From the NCBI GenBank assembly GCA_965202805.1, contig OZ241869.1:2304001-2368000 (forward strand): a DNA stretch of 64,000 bases. Direction: 5' to 3'. Below the pieces are notes generated by a model, which saw only the letters and a program-made list of their open reading frames with translations, was not told where the DNA came from and ran no database searches. The stretch is from Longimicrobiales bacterium (GTDB lineage Bacteria > Gemmatimonadota > Gemmatimonadetes > Longimicrobiales > Gaopeijiaceae). Both the position numbers and the translations under genes were made by a program. Below are positions 1-9,638 of the stretch, piece after piece. The number at the start of each line of letters is the position of its first letter. Within the stretch, counting starts at the first letter, position 1.

Positions 1-37
1 GTCGAGGCGCCTCGGGGCGGATGACCGGGAGGACCCT

Positions 38-2335
38 ATGACCGGTCTCCAATCGCAAGGAGAAGCCATGCTCAAGCCGACATCCGATACATACGGCCGG
101 TGCGAACTTCCGACGCGCGCAACCCATTCCCGAGATGAGTTCGATGGGCAATCCCGGGATTTGCCCCGCCTGCGCGGCGGACTGTTGCTCATTCCCTTCG
201 CGGTGCTGGGGCTCGCATGCGGGAGCCCCTATCCACCGCCGCCGGAAACCGCACGGGAGCCCGTCGTCGACACCCTGCACGGCGTCGTCTTCACGGACCC
301 GTACCGCTGGCTGGAGGACCAGGACAGCCCGGAGACGCGGGCCTGGATCGCCGGGCAGAACGCGTATGCCGAGCAGATCGTGGGCGAGTCGGAGCTGCGC
401 ACCGGGCTGGAGGCGCGCCTGCGCGAGCTGATGGAAGCGCCCGGGCCGGTGTACCCGCAGCGACAGGGTGAATTCGAGTACTTCTCCTTCCGGCGGGCCG
501 AGCGCGAGGTGGGCGCGATCTACCGGCGGCCAGCGCCGGAGGAGCCCGATGACGGCCCGTTTGACGCGACTGCCGACTACGAGGTGGTGATCGACCCGCT
601 GGATCTGCGGGCGGACGGCACCACCAGCGTCGCGATTCAGGCAATGGAATCCAATTCCAGCTGGACCTGGGCACCGGGCGTCGACCCGGCCGACACTGTC
701 GGTATTCGTCCCCCCGGGCGCGCGCTGATGGCGTACTCGATCCGGGACGGCGGCCGCGACGAGGTGGAGATCCGGATCCGCGACCTCGTCACCGGCGAAG
801 ACCTTCCCGACCGGCTGCCGACGGCGCTCTACAGCAGCGTCTCCTTTGCCGACGGCGGAAGCGTCCTCTACTACGTCCGCCGATCCCGCCGGACGGGCCC
901 TCGCGTCTACCGCCACGTCGTCGGCACCGACATCTCGGAGGATGTCGAGCTGTTCGGCGCGGGCATCGGGCCCACCGCCTTCGTCAACGCCTCAAGGGCG
1001 GGGGACGACCACCTCATCTACACGGTGCAGCACGGCTGGGCGCGCACCGACGTCTACCTTCACGACGTGCGGGCAGGCACGGAACCGGTTCCGCTGGTGG
1101 TCGGGGCGCCCGCCCGCTTCCGGACCCGCTGGATGGAGGGCGAGATCTACCTGCTCACCAACCTGGATGCGCCCCTGAACCGGGTGGTGGCCGTGAGGCC
1201 GGAGGCCCCGGCTCCAGGCCAGTGGCGCGAGGTCATCCCGGAGGGCGAGGATCTGCTGACGGGATATCAGTTCATCGGCGGCGACATCTTCGCCGACTAT
1301 CTGCACGACGTGAGCAGCCGCATCGTGCGGTACGGCCCGGACGGCGCGCTGAAGGGCGAGATCCCCATCCCCGAGCATCATGTGGCGTCGCTGCGCGGCC
1401 ATGGAGAGGGCGTTGCCCTGCTGTCCCTCACTTCGCTGCTCACGCCCCAGACCGTGCTCACACTCGACCTCGAGACGCTGGAGACGGAGGAATGGCGACC
1501 CTCCCCCGTGCCCTTCGACGGAAGCGCCTTCGAGATGAAGCAGGTGTGGTACACCTCCGCGGACGGGACCCAGGCGCCGATGTACCTGGCGCATCGCCGG
1601 GGACTCGAGCTGAACGGCAAGATCCCTGCCCTGCTTTACGGCTACGGCGGATTCAACGTGAGCCTGCTGCCGCGGTTCGATGCCCGCGCCGCCGTCTGGA
1701 TGGAGCAGGGCGGCGTGTATGCGATGGCGACGCTGCGCGGAGGAGGCGAGTTCGGAGAGGAGTGGCACCGGGACGGGATGCTTGAGAACAAGCCCAACGT
1801 CTTCGCCGACTTCATCGCCGCCGCCGAGTGGCTGGTCGAGAACGGCTACACCAACCCGGACAGGCTCGCCATCCGCGGCGCGAGCAACGGCGGGCTGCTG
1901 GTGGCGAGCGCCCTGACGCAGCGGCCGGATCTCTTCCGGGCCGTCTTCTGCGGCCTCCCCGACCTGGACATGGTGCGCTTCTACCAGTTCACCGAGACCA
2001 ACAACATGCCGGCGCTGCTCGAGTACGGGAACGCGGCCATCGCGGAGGAGTTCGAGGTGATCCGCACCTTCTCGCCCTACCAGAACGTGCGCGACGGGGT
2101 GGACTACCCGGCAGTGATGCTCACGCAGGGCGATCTGGACACGCGCGTGCCGCCGCTCCAGGCCCGCAAGATGGCGGCGCGGTTACAGGCGGCCACCGGT
2201 TCCGGATTGCCGGTGATCCTCGACTACGACGAGCGCACCGGCCACGCCGGCGGCCGCACCTTCAGCCGCAACGTGCGCAACGCGGCCATGGAACTGGCGT
2301 TCCTGCTGCAGCAGCTGGGGGCGGGGGAGGGATAG
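38..2335 (+). CDS. Prolyl oligopeptidase family (S9A) serine peptidase, probable lipoprotein; true start may be downstream of 38
   Basis: DPYRWLED N-terminal motif, LLYGYGGF, RGGGEFG, catalytic GASNGG (Ser), DTRV (Asp), GHAGG (His); lipobox-like LGLAC. Confidence 0.93.
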   Translation: MTGLQSQGEAMLKPTSDTYGRCELPTRATHSRDEFDGQSRDLPRLRGGLLLIPFAVLGLACGSPYPPPPETAREPVVDTLHGVVFTDPYRWLEDQDSPETRAWIAGQNAYAEQIVGESELRTGLEARLRELMEAPGPVYPQRQGEFEYFSFRRAEREVGAIYRRPAPEEPDDGPFDATADYEVVIDPLDLRADGTTSVAIQAMESNSSWTWAPGVDPADTVGIRPPGRALMAYSIRDGGRDEVEIRIRDLVTGEDLPDRLPTALYSSVSFADGGSVLYYVRRSRRTGPRVYRHVVGTDISEDVELFGAGIGPTAFVNASRAGDDHLIYTVQHGWARTDVYLHDVRAGTEPVPLVVGAPARFRTRWMEGEIYLLTNLDAPLNRVVAVRPEAPAPGQWREVIPEGEDLLTGYQFIGGDIFADYLHDVSSRIVRYGPDGALKGEIPIPEHHVASLRGHGEGVALLSLTSLLTPQTVLTLDLETLETEEWRPSPVPFDGSAFEMKQVWYTSADGTQAPMYLAHRRGLELNGKIPALLYGYGGFNVSLLPRFDARAAVWMEQGGVYAMATLRGGGEFGEEWHRDGMLENKPNVFADFIAAAEWLVENGYTNPDRLAIRGASNGGLLVASALTQRPDLFRAVFCGLPDLDMVRFYQFTETNNMPALLEYGNAAIAEEFEVIRTFSPYQNVRDGVDYPAVMLTQGDLDTRVPPLQARKMAARLQAATGSGLPVILDYDERTGHAGGRTFSRNVRNAAMELAFLLQQLGAGEG

Positions 2336-2419
2336 CCATCCGAGGTTCCGCAGCCGCAGCCAGCGGCCCGCTCTCACGGTTGGTAGTGGTGGGCATACCC
2401 TGTGTCATGGTCATAATGC

Positions 2420-2665
2420 GCTCGCCGTCGATCCTGTCGAGCGGCCAGAGTTGCACGCGCTCCACGTCGAATTCGTCCGTCATCAGGCCGAGAATGTAGT
2501 CCTCGCCGATCTCGAAGACATCCAGACCGGGCGGTGTTTCGACAAATCCCTGAACGCGGCCGTCCGCGTCGAAGACGGTCCAGACGTTCCGATCCTGGCC
2601 CGGGTACCTGTATTCCTGCACCCAGAGATGCCCCAGTGGATCCGGCTGCAGTGCCTCGAAGGCGA
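2420..2665 (-). pseudogene. C-terminal remnant of a 6-bladed beta-propeller protein (coordinates approximate)
   Basis: Minus frame reads AFEALQPDPLGHLWVQEYRYPG...WTVFDADGRVQGFVETPPGLDVFEIGEDYILG...DEFDVERVQLWPLDR, the typical last blades of this family; no N-terminal part or signal peptide, and the frame runs on into the convergent peptidase gene. Confidence 0.7.
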
Positions 2666-2880
2666 CTGAGGGTTCTTTCTGGCGGTTTTCTGGCTTCGTT
2701 GGGTAGTCTTGCCGTCGCCGGCAAGGGGAACTGCCGCGCCCTGCGCCCGGGCGATGAGCGCATACATCCGCGGGTGTCGGTCAGGCGCCGGCCCCACGTC
2801 CTGGGACAGCAGCTCCGATCCCCGGAAGCAGGCGATATTCAAGTAGGCTTCGGCACTCAAGAGAAGGGTAGATCAGCCCG

Positions 2881-3354
2881 GTGTCCGACAATCCCCGTCA
2901 AACGGCTTCGGACCGCGTCTTCGCCGCCAGTCAGTGGGTGCCGACCCCGCTGGACGAGGCGTTTGCGTTCTTCGCCGACCCGTGGAACCTGGAGCGCATC
3001 ACCCCGCCCTTCCTGCGCTTCCGCATCGTCACGCCCGCGCCGATCAGGATGGGGGCGGGAACGCTGATCGACTATCGTCTGCGGCTGCGCGGGATTCCGG
3101 TCCGCTGGCGCACGGAGATCACCGCCTGGGACCCTCCCCGGGGGTTCACCGACGTGCAGTTGCGCGGCCCTTACCGGAAGTGGGTCCATCGCCATGACTT
3201 CGTGGAGGAGAACGGAGGCACCCGGGTTGATGACACCGTGATCTACGCAGTTCCGGGAGGCGCGCTGGTGGACCGGCTGATCGTTCGGCCGGACCTGGAA
3301 CGGATTTTCGGGTATCGGCGCAAGGCGATCCGGGAGCTGTTGGGAGGGCCTTAG
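2881..3354 (+). CDS. SRPBCC (polyketide cyclase/START-like) family protein
   Basis: FAFFADPWNLERITPP, WRTEITAWDPP, FTDVQLRGPYRKWVHRH, IFGYR motifs. Confidence 0.85.
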   Translation: MSDNPRQTASDRVFAASQWVPTPLDEAFAFFADPWNLERITPPFLRFRIVTPAPIRMGAGTLIDYRLRLRGIPVRWRTEITAWDPPRGFTDVQLRGPYRKWVHRHDFVEENGGTRVDDTVIYAVPGGALVDRLIVRPDLERIFGYRRKAIRELLGGP

Positions 3355-3457
3355 GCTCTGACTCAGGTCGATTGGCGTGGGAACCCGTTTCGGAGCCTGC
3401 CCGGCGGGCGTATCCTGTTTCTGTCCTCCGCCGATCCCTTCACGGCCCGGGGTGCCC

Positions 3458-4273
3458 GTGCACCAGCCGCCACCTCTCCTCGAACTCAACGATCTCACCC
3501 TGCGCTTCGGGGGCGTAACCGCGCTCTCCGGTCTCAGCATGGAGGTTCGCGAGGGAGAGTTGCTGGCTCTCATCGGCCCCAACGGCGCAGGGAAGACCAG
3601 CGTCCTCAACTGCATTTCGGGTCTCTATCGTGCGCAGGAAGGGAGCATCACCCTGACCGGCCGCGAGGGAACTCGGCACGCCCTCGACCGCCTGCCGCCG
3701 CACCGAATCGCGGCGCTGGGCGTCGCGCGCACCTTCCAGAACATCGAGCTCTTCAAGCATATGACGGTGCTCGACAACCTCATGCTGGGCCGCCACGTGC
3801 ACATGAAGGGAGGCGTGCTCAGCGGCGGGATCCACCTGGGTCGCCAGCGCCGCAGGGAAATCGAGCACCGCCGCTGCGTGGAGGAGGTCATCGACTTCAT
3901 GAACCTGGAGCCGCTGCGGAGCGCGGTGGTGGGAAGTCTGGCGTATGGCAACCAGCGGTTGGTGGAGATGGCGCGTGCGCTGGCTCTCGATCCCCATGTC
4001 CTCCTCCTGGACGAGCCCACGGCCGGCATGAACGCGGAGGAAAAGGAGTCGATGGCGCGCTTCATTCTCGACGTGCACGAGGAGCGGGGCGTCACAGTGG
4101 TGGTGATCGACCATGACATCAACGTGGTCATGGACATCGCCGACCGGGTCGTGGTGCTCGATTTCGGCAGGCGGATCGCGCAGGGGAGTCCGGAGCAGGT
4201 GAGGAATGACGCGGCGGTGATCGAAGCCTACCTGGGGCACGCGAGGGATGAGAGCGAGCCTGTGCCCCGCTGA
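3458..4273 (+). CDS. Branched-chain amino acid (HAAT) ABC transporter ATP-binding protein, LivG-like; start 3452 or 3458
   Basis: Walker A GPNGAGKT, ARTFQN, LLLDEPTAG, VIEAYLG. Confidence 0.92.
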   Translation: MHQPPPLLELNDLTLRFGGVTALSGLSMEVREGELLALIGPNGAGKTSVLNCISGLYRAQEGSITLTGREGTRHALDRLPPHRIAALGVARTFQNIELFKHMTVLDNLMLGRHVHMKGGVLSGGIHLGRQRRREIEHRRCVEEVIDFMNLEPLRSAVVGSLAYGNQRLVEMARALALDPHVLLLDEPTAGMNAEEKESMARFILDVHEERGVTVVVIDHDINVVMDIADRVVVLDFGRRIAQGSPEQVRNDAAVIEAYLGHARDESEPVPR

Positions 4274-4583
4274 TTCGGGCGAACCCGGAGTGGGACCTGG
4301 CGCCGGGGGAGCTTCAGCCGCCAGGTTTTGGGCGGGCTTCGAGTGCCTTCCGAAGCTGTCCGGCGACTGCCTCGGGGGTGGCCGGCGTCCGGTGTGGTCG
4401 GCAATGTCCGGTACACCCGGCCCGCCAATTGCATCGCATCAATCGGGGCGCCGTGGCAACGGAGCCAGGTTTCGGCCGCTGGGAGTAATCCGGAACTGCC
4501 TGTTGTCGCCGTCTTGCCGCGCAATCGTCCCTGCGCGTGGACGGTTGCGCGGCAGATCGACCACGCGGAGAGGGAGCAGGACG

Positions 4584-6464
4584 ATGGACGATCACGACAA
4601 ACGCGAAAGCGTCCGGCGAGCGATGTCGATCGGCCTCGCCGCCGTAGTGCTGTTCGCCACATGCAGTGATCCGACGGGTCCAGTGGACGGGGATCCGACG
4701 GGTCCAGTGGACGGGGATCCGACGGATCAGCCCAGACCGGCACTGCCGGCAGCGCTCCTGTTTTCGGCGGACACCGTGAACCTGGTCGCCGAAGACGCCA
4801 GCTCGCTGTCCTACGCGGGGACCGTCGTCCTTTCCAACACCGGGCAGGTTGCGGTCGGCCCGGTCGTGCTCTCCGGGCGCGCGGCCACGAGCGGGGATGT
4901 GAGCGTGCCGCGCATCGTGCCGAAGGCCTCGCCGTCGGAGATTCCGACGCTCAACGTGGGGGCGCGGGCGACCGTCTCGATCACGGTCACCGTGCCTGCG
5001 ATCACGTTGGCGGGTGCGTATGAAGCCATGCTCCAGGCGGGCGCCGCCGAGGCGGGTGCGGTTCTCGGCCTGCGGTTCGATGTGCCCGAGCGAGCCGCGG
5101 CCGTTGACGGCACGCACGTCACGGTCTCGGCGGGGAGCGGGAGCGTCCGGCAGGGCGACGTGGTTCGGTACGCGGCACAGGTCCGGGACAGCGCGGGCGC
5201 GGTGGTCGAGGGGGCGGATGTCGCGTGGTCCGTGACGCCGGCGGGCGGCGGGATGTTCGACGCCGAGGGTCGGTTCGTCCCCTACGCCGCCGGCGAAGTC
5301 GAGGTCGTCGCCCGGACCGCGGTCACGAAGGACGGCACCGTGCGCATGGCTACGGCCGGCATGCCGGTCACGGTTCGCCCGCGCGGCGTTCACGGCTCGC
5401 TGCGCAAGGTGGGCGAAGGCCGCGTCGGCGCCCGCCACACCTCCGATCTCTGGGTCCACGGCGACTACGCCTACACGGGCACCTGGGGCACCCGCGAGGG
5501 GGAGGTCGGCAACCAGCTCTACGCCTGGACTCTGGACGGCCAGGGCATGCCCACGCTCTCCGACTCGATCACGGTGGACGCGCGCACGGTGAACGATGTC
5601 AAGATCCGGGCCGACGGCCGCCTGGGCGTGCTCACGCACGAGGACGGAGACGCGACCGATGGCGGGCGCAACGGGGTCACGTTCTTCGACCTGGCCGACC
5701 CGGCCCATCCGCGCGTCGTCAGCCGTTTCTCGACCGGCCTGGAGCCGGGAGTCCACAACGCGTGGCTGGAGGGCGACCATGCCTATCTGGTCGTGGACGG
5801 CGTGGGCAGCGGCCTGCGCATCCTGGACATCTCCGACCCGGCCTCCCCGCGGGTGGCCGCGAGCTTCTACGGCGGCTCCAGCTTCCTTCACGATGTCTAC
5901 GTGCGCGACGGACTCGCCTTCCTGTCGCACTGGGACGCGGGGCTCATCATCCTTGATGTGGGCAACGGCATGGCGGGCGGGTCGCCCGCCAACCCGGTCG
6001 AGGTGAGCCGCCTTTCGGACCTGGGCGGCGAGACCCACAACGTCTGGTACTGGCCCGAGGCCGGCTACGCCTTCGTGGGCGAGGAGCAGTTCGGGCACTC
6101 GAAGGGACCGTCGGGGATCATGCATGTAGTGGATCTGAGCGACATATTGCGCCCGCGCGAGGTGGCCACCTACGAGGTCCCGGGCGCCACCTCGCACAAC
6201 TACTGGCTGGACGAGGAGGCGGGCACGCTCTACCTGGCCTGGTACGAACAGGGGGTGCGGATGCTGGACGTCACGGGCGAACTGATGGGCCGGCTCGAGC
6301 GGCAGGGCCGCGAAGCCGCCTTCATCCGGTACGCGGGGGAGGCCGAGGACTGCCTGTGGGATCCCGGGGCGACCTGCGCATGGGCGCCCCAGCTGCACGG
6401 CAACGGCAAGCTGTACGCCTCGGACATGAACCACGGACTGGTCGTGCTGGAGCCCGGCCGGTGA
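4584..6464 (+). CDS. Secreted lipoprotein with Ig-like domains and an LVIVD-repeat beta-propeller; start 4584 or 4623
   Basis: Purine-rich RBS before ATG 4584; hydrophobic signal ending LFATC; SDLWVHGDYAYTGTW, VHNAWL, LRILDISDP, HDVYVRDG, LIILDV, THNVW blades. Confidence 0.75.
   Translation: MDDHDKRESVRRAMSIGLAAVVLFATCSDPTGPVDGDPTGPVDGDPTDQPRPALPAALLFSADTVNLVAEDASSLSYAGTVVLSNTGQVAVGPVVLSGRAATSGDVSVPRIVPKASPSEIPTLNVGARATVSITVTVPAITLAGAYEAMLQAGAAEAGAVLGLRFDVPERAAAVDGTHVTVSAGSGSVRQGDVVRYAAQVRDSAGAVVEGADVAWSVTPAGGGMFDAEGRFVPYAAGEVEVVARTAVTKDGTVRMATAGMPVTVRPRGVHGSLRKVGEGRVGARHTSDLWVHGDYAYTGTWGTREGEVGNQLYAWTLDGQGMPTLSDSITVDARTVNDVKIRADGRLGVLTHEDGDATDGGRNGVTFFDLADPAHPRVVSRFSTGLEPGVHNAWLEGDHAYLVVDGVGSGLRILDISDPASPRVAASFYGGSSFLHDVYVRDGLAFLSHWDAGLIILDVGNGMAGGSPANPVEVSRLSDLGGETHNVWYWPEAGYAFVGEEQFGHSKGPSGIMHVVDLSDILRPREVATYEVPGATSHNYWLDEEAGTLYLAWYEQGVRMLDVTGELMGRLERQGREAAFIRYAGEAEDCLWDPGATCAWAPQLHGNGKLYASDMNHGLVVLEPGR
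4668..4725 (+). repeat. 24-bp in-frame tandem repeat (about 2.4 copies) encoding DPTGPVDG
   Basis: GATCCGACGGGTCCAGTGGACGGG at 4668 and 4692, partial third copy at 4716. Confidence 0.95.
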
Positions 6465-6511
6465 GGCGGTGGCGCGGCTGGCCGGTGCCGCATGGAACCG
6501 GCGCTGGCGCC

Positions 6512-7561
6512 ATGCCGCGCCGACTCGCCACCCTCGTTCCGCTGCTGTTGACGGTCGCTTGCGGCCGTTCCCCTGATCGTCCAGACGAGGACGCCCCGCG
6601 CCTGTACGTGACGTCCGGGTTCACGGACGAGATCCACGTGCTGGACGCCCGCGACGGTACGGGCCTGCGCACGATCTCGATCGACCGCCGCCGCACCGAG
6701 ACCGACGAGCCCCACGGCGTGACCGTCTCCCGCGACGGCCGCCACTGGTACGCGACGCTCGCCCACGGCCACCCCACCCTGTGGAAGTACGAGACCGACG
6801 GCGACCGGCTGGTCGGACGCCTCGAGCTGGATATCCCGGGCGCGGCGCGGGTGGAACTCACGCCCGACGGCGGCCGCGCCTTCATTCCGGACTACTGGAG
6901 GGGCGGCCTCGGGAAGGAGAGCAGCGTGGCCGTGGTGGACGTCCACGACCTGACCGTGGCGGCCATGCCGGTCGTCTGCCCCGCTCCCCACCACGCCGCC
7001 GTCGACCCGCCCGGGACGCGGGTCGCCGTGACCTGCTCGCTGTCCGATGAGATCGTCCTGATGGACGCGGGCTCGGCAACGACGCTGACCCGTTTTCCCG
7101 CCGGACCCGCAGCCGGAACGGCGCGCTACACGCCCATGAACGCCGCGTGGAGCCCCGACGGTGCCCGCTTCCACGTCACCATGGCCGGAACCGGCGAGGT
7201 GCGGACGTTCTCCCGGACCGGAGACCCTGAAGGCGTGGTCGCGGTCGGTCGGGGCCCGGCCCAGATCGCGGGATCGGAGGATGGACGGGTGCTGGTGGTG
7301 GCCAACCGACTGGGCGGCTCGGTCTCGGTGCTCGACCCGGCCAACCTGACGGAGGTGCGCCGCATCGAGCTGCCCGGGGCGGCGTTCCCGCACGGAGTCG
7401 CCCTCGATCCCGCTGGCGAGATCGCCTACGTGACCTGGGAGGGCCGGGTGGGCGAGTCCGGTGGGGTTGCCGCCCTTCGGATCGGCACGGGGGACGTGTT
7501 GTGGAGGCGCGAGGTCGGCGTCATGACCCTCGGCGTGGCGTACCTCGCCGGCCGCCCCTGA
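6512..7561 (+). CDS. YncE/YVTN-type beta-propeller lipoprotein
   Basis: Signal LLLTVAC; repeated blades PHGVTVSRDGRHWY, LTPDGGRAF, WSPDGARF, VANRLGGSVSVLD, PHGVALDP. Confidence 0.8.
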   Translation: MPRRLATLVPLLLTVACGRSPDRPDEDAPRLYVTSGFTDEIHVLDARDGTGLRTISIDRRRTETDEPHGVTVSRDGRHWYATLAHGHPTLWKYETDGDRLVGRLELDIPGAARVELTPDGGRAFIPDYWRGGLGKESSVAVVDVHDLTVAAMPVVCPAPHHAAVDPPGTRVAVTCSLSDEIVLMDAGSATTLTRFPAGPAAGTARYTPMNAAWSPDGARFHVTMAGTGEVRTFSRTGDPEGVVAVGRGPAQIAGSEDGRVLVVANRLGGSVSVLDPANLTEVRRIELPGAAFPHGVALDPAGEIAYVTWEGRVGESGGVAALRIGTGDVLWRREVGVMTLGVAYLAGRP

Positions 7562-7666
7562 CAATCCCGGGACTCGAGCAGAGACCCCGGTTTTCGCGGC
7601 GGGGGCGTCGTCCTTATCGTACCCCTGCCCGCCTCCGGTCCATAACGCTCGCCCCCCGGCCACGCC

Positions 7667-9634
7667 GTGCCCACAGCACACACTCCCGACACCCTCCCCG
7701 GCCTGCTCGCCCACCACGCCGCCAGGCGCCCCGGCCAGGTCGCGCTGCGCGAGAAGGAGTTCGGCATCTGGCAGGAGATCACCTGGACGGAATACCTCGG
7801 CAGGGTGAGCGCCTTCTCGCTCGGACTCTCGGAGCTGGGCGTCGAGCGGGGGGACCGGATCGCGATCGTCGGGGACAACCGGCCCGAGTGGACGATCGCC
7901 GAGCTCGCGGCCCAGGCCGGAGGCGTCCTGCCTCTCGGGCTCTACCAGGACTCGATCGCGGGCGAGCTGGCGAGGATGCTCGAGGCCGCCGAGGCGCGCG
8001 TCATCGTCGCCGAGGACCAGGAGCAGGTCGACAAGGTGCTGGAGGTCCGCGACCAGGTGCCCGGACTCGAGTACATCATCTACTACGATTCCCGGGGGAT
8101 GTACGGCTACGAGGCCCCCGGACTCATGTCCTTCGAGGAGGTCGAGGCGCTGGGCGATCGCGCGCACCGCCGTTCGCCGGAGGAATTCGGCCGCAGGGTC
8201 GCGGCCCTCAAGCCCGGCGACATCGCGCTCCTGTGCACGACGTCGGGCACCACCAGCATACCCAAGCTGGCCATGCTCTCCCACGAGAACCTGATCGCCA
8301 TGGCGGCGCAGCTGCGCACCGTGGACGCGATGAACCCGGGGGACGAGTTCGTTTCGTTTCTGCCCCTGGCCTGGATCGGGGAACAGATGATCGGCGTGGC
8401 CAGCGCGCTGCTGGCGGGGTTCACGGTCAACTTCCCCGAGGAGGCGGCCACGGCGCGCATGGACATGCGCGAGATCGGCCCGGCCTTCCTCATGTCGCCC
8501 CCGCGCATCTGGGAGAACATGGTCTCCGACGTACAGGTCATGGCCGAGGACACCACCCGCCTCAAACGGTGGTTCTACGGCTGGGCCATGAAGCAGGGCG
8601 CGGCGACCGCCGAAGCGCGGTTCCGGGGAAGGCGCATCGGTCCGGTCCGGCGCCTGGGCCACCGACTCGCGGACTGGACGGTCTTCCATCCCATCCGCGA
8701 CCAGCTCGGGCTCAGCCGGGTGCGGCGCGCGTACACGGGAGGGGCGGCCCTCGGGCCCGATGTCTTTCGATTCTACCACGCCATCGGCGTCAACCTGAAG
8801 CAGCTCTACGGCCAGACCGAGGTGTCGGGGATTTCGGTGGTGCACCGGGACGGCGACATCCGCTTCCAGACGGTGGGCCTGCCGCTGCCCCGGACCGAGA
8901 TCCGGATCTCGGACGATGGAGAGATTCTCTGTCGCGGTCCGGCGGTGTTCCAGGGGTACTTCCGCAATCCGGCGGCCACCGGGGAGGCGCTCGACGGCAG
9001 CTGGCTGCACTCGGGCGATGCCGGCTATTTCGACGACGATGGCCACCTGGTGGTGATCGACCGGCTGGCCGACGTGATGCGCCTCGCCGACGGGACCCAC
9101 TTCTCCCCGCAGTTCGTCGAGAACAAGCTCAAGTTCAGCCCCCACATCCGCGAGGCGGTTGTCTTCGGAGGCGAGGCCGGCGACGACGCCACGGGAGCGT
9201 CCGGGCCGGGCCCGCCGGGCGCGGGATCCGCGGGTGCCCGGTTCGTCACCGCGATGATCGCCATCGACATGGAGAACGCGGGGCAGTGGGCGGAGCGCCA
9301 CCGCATCGCCTACACCACCTTCACCGACCTGGCCCGGCGGCCCGAGGTGTACGCTCTCGTCCGCGCGCATGTGGCCGAGGTGAACGAGGAACTGCCCGAC
9401 GCCGCCCGCATCCACCGCTTCCTGCTGCTGCACAAGGAGCTGCACGCCGACGACGCGGAGCTGACCCGCACGCGCAAGGTCCGCCGCCGCCACATCACCG
9501 ACCGCTTCGCGGAGATCATCGAGGCCTTGCAGGGCGAAGCCGATTCGGTCACGGTGGCGACCGAGATCACCTACCAGGACGGTCGCACCGCGGCGGTCGA
9601 GCACGAACTGCGCATCGAGACGATGGACCGCTGA
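7667..9634 (+). CDS. Long-chain fatty acyl-CoA synthetase (AMP-binding, FAA1-like)
   Basis: LREKEFGIWQ, TTSGTTSIPK, YGQTE, WLHSGDAG, ENKLKFSP, ELTRTRKVRR. Confidence 0.92.
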   Translation: MPTAHTPDTLPGLLAHHAARRPGQVALREKEFGIWQEITWTEYLGRVSAFSLGLSELGVERGDRIAIVGDNRPEWTIAELAAQAGGVLPLGLYQDSIAGELARMLEAAEARVIVAEDQEQVDKVLEVRDQVPGLEYIIYYDSRGMYGYEAPGLMSFEEVEALGDRAHRRSPEEFGRRVAALKPGDIALLCTTSGTTSIPKLAMLSHENLIAMAAQLRTVDAMNPGDEFVSFLPLAWIGEQMIGVASALLAGFTVNFPEEAATARMDMREIGPAFLMSPPRIWENMVSDVQVMAEDTTRLKRWFYGWAMKQGAATAEARFRGRRIGPVRRLGHRLADWTVFHPIRDQLGLSRVRRAYTGGAALGPDVFRFYHAIGVNLKQLYGQTEVSGISVVHRDGDIRFQTVGLPLPRTEIRISDDGEILCRGPAVFQGYFRNPAATGEALDGSWLHSGDAGYFDDDGHLVVIDRLADVMRLADGTHFSPQFVENKLKFSPHIREAVVFGGEAGDDATGASGPGPPGAGSAGARFVTAMIAIDMENAGQWAERHRIAYTTFTDLARRPEVYALVRAHVAEVNEELPDAARIHRFLLLHKELHADDAELTRTRKVRRRHITDRFAEIIEALQGEADSVTVATEITYQDGRTAAVEHELRIETMDR

Positions 9635-9638
9635 TTCC

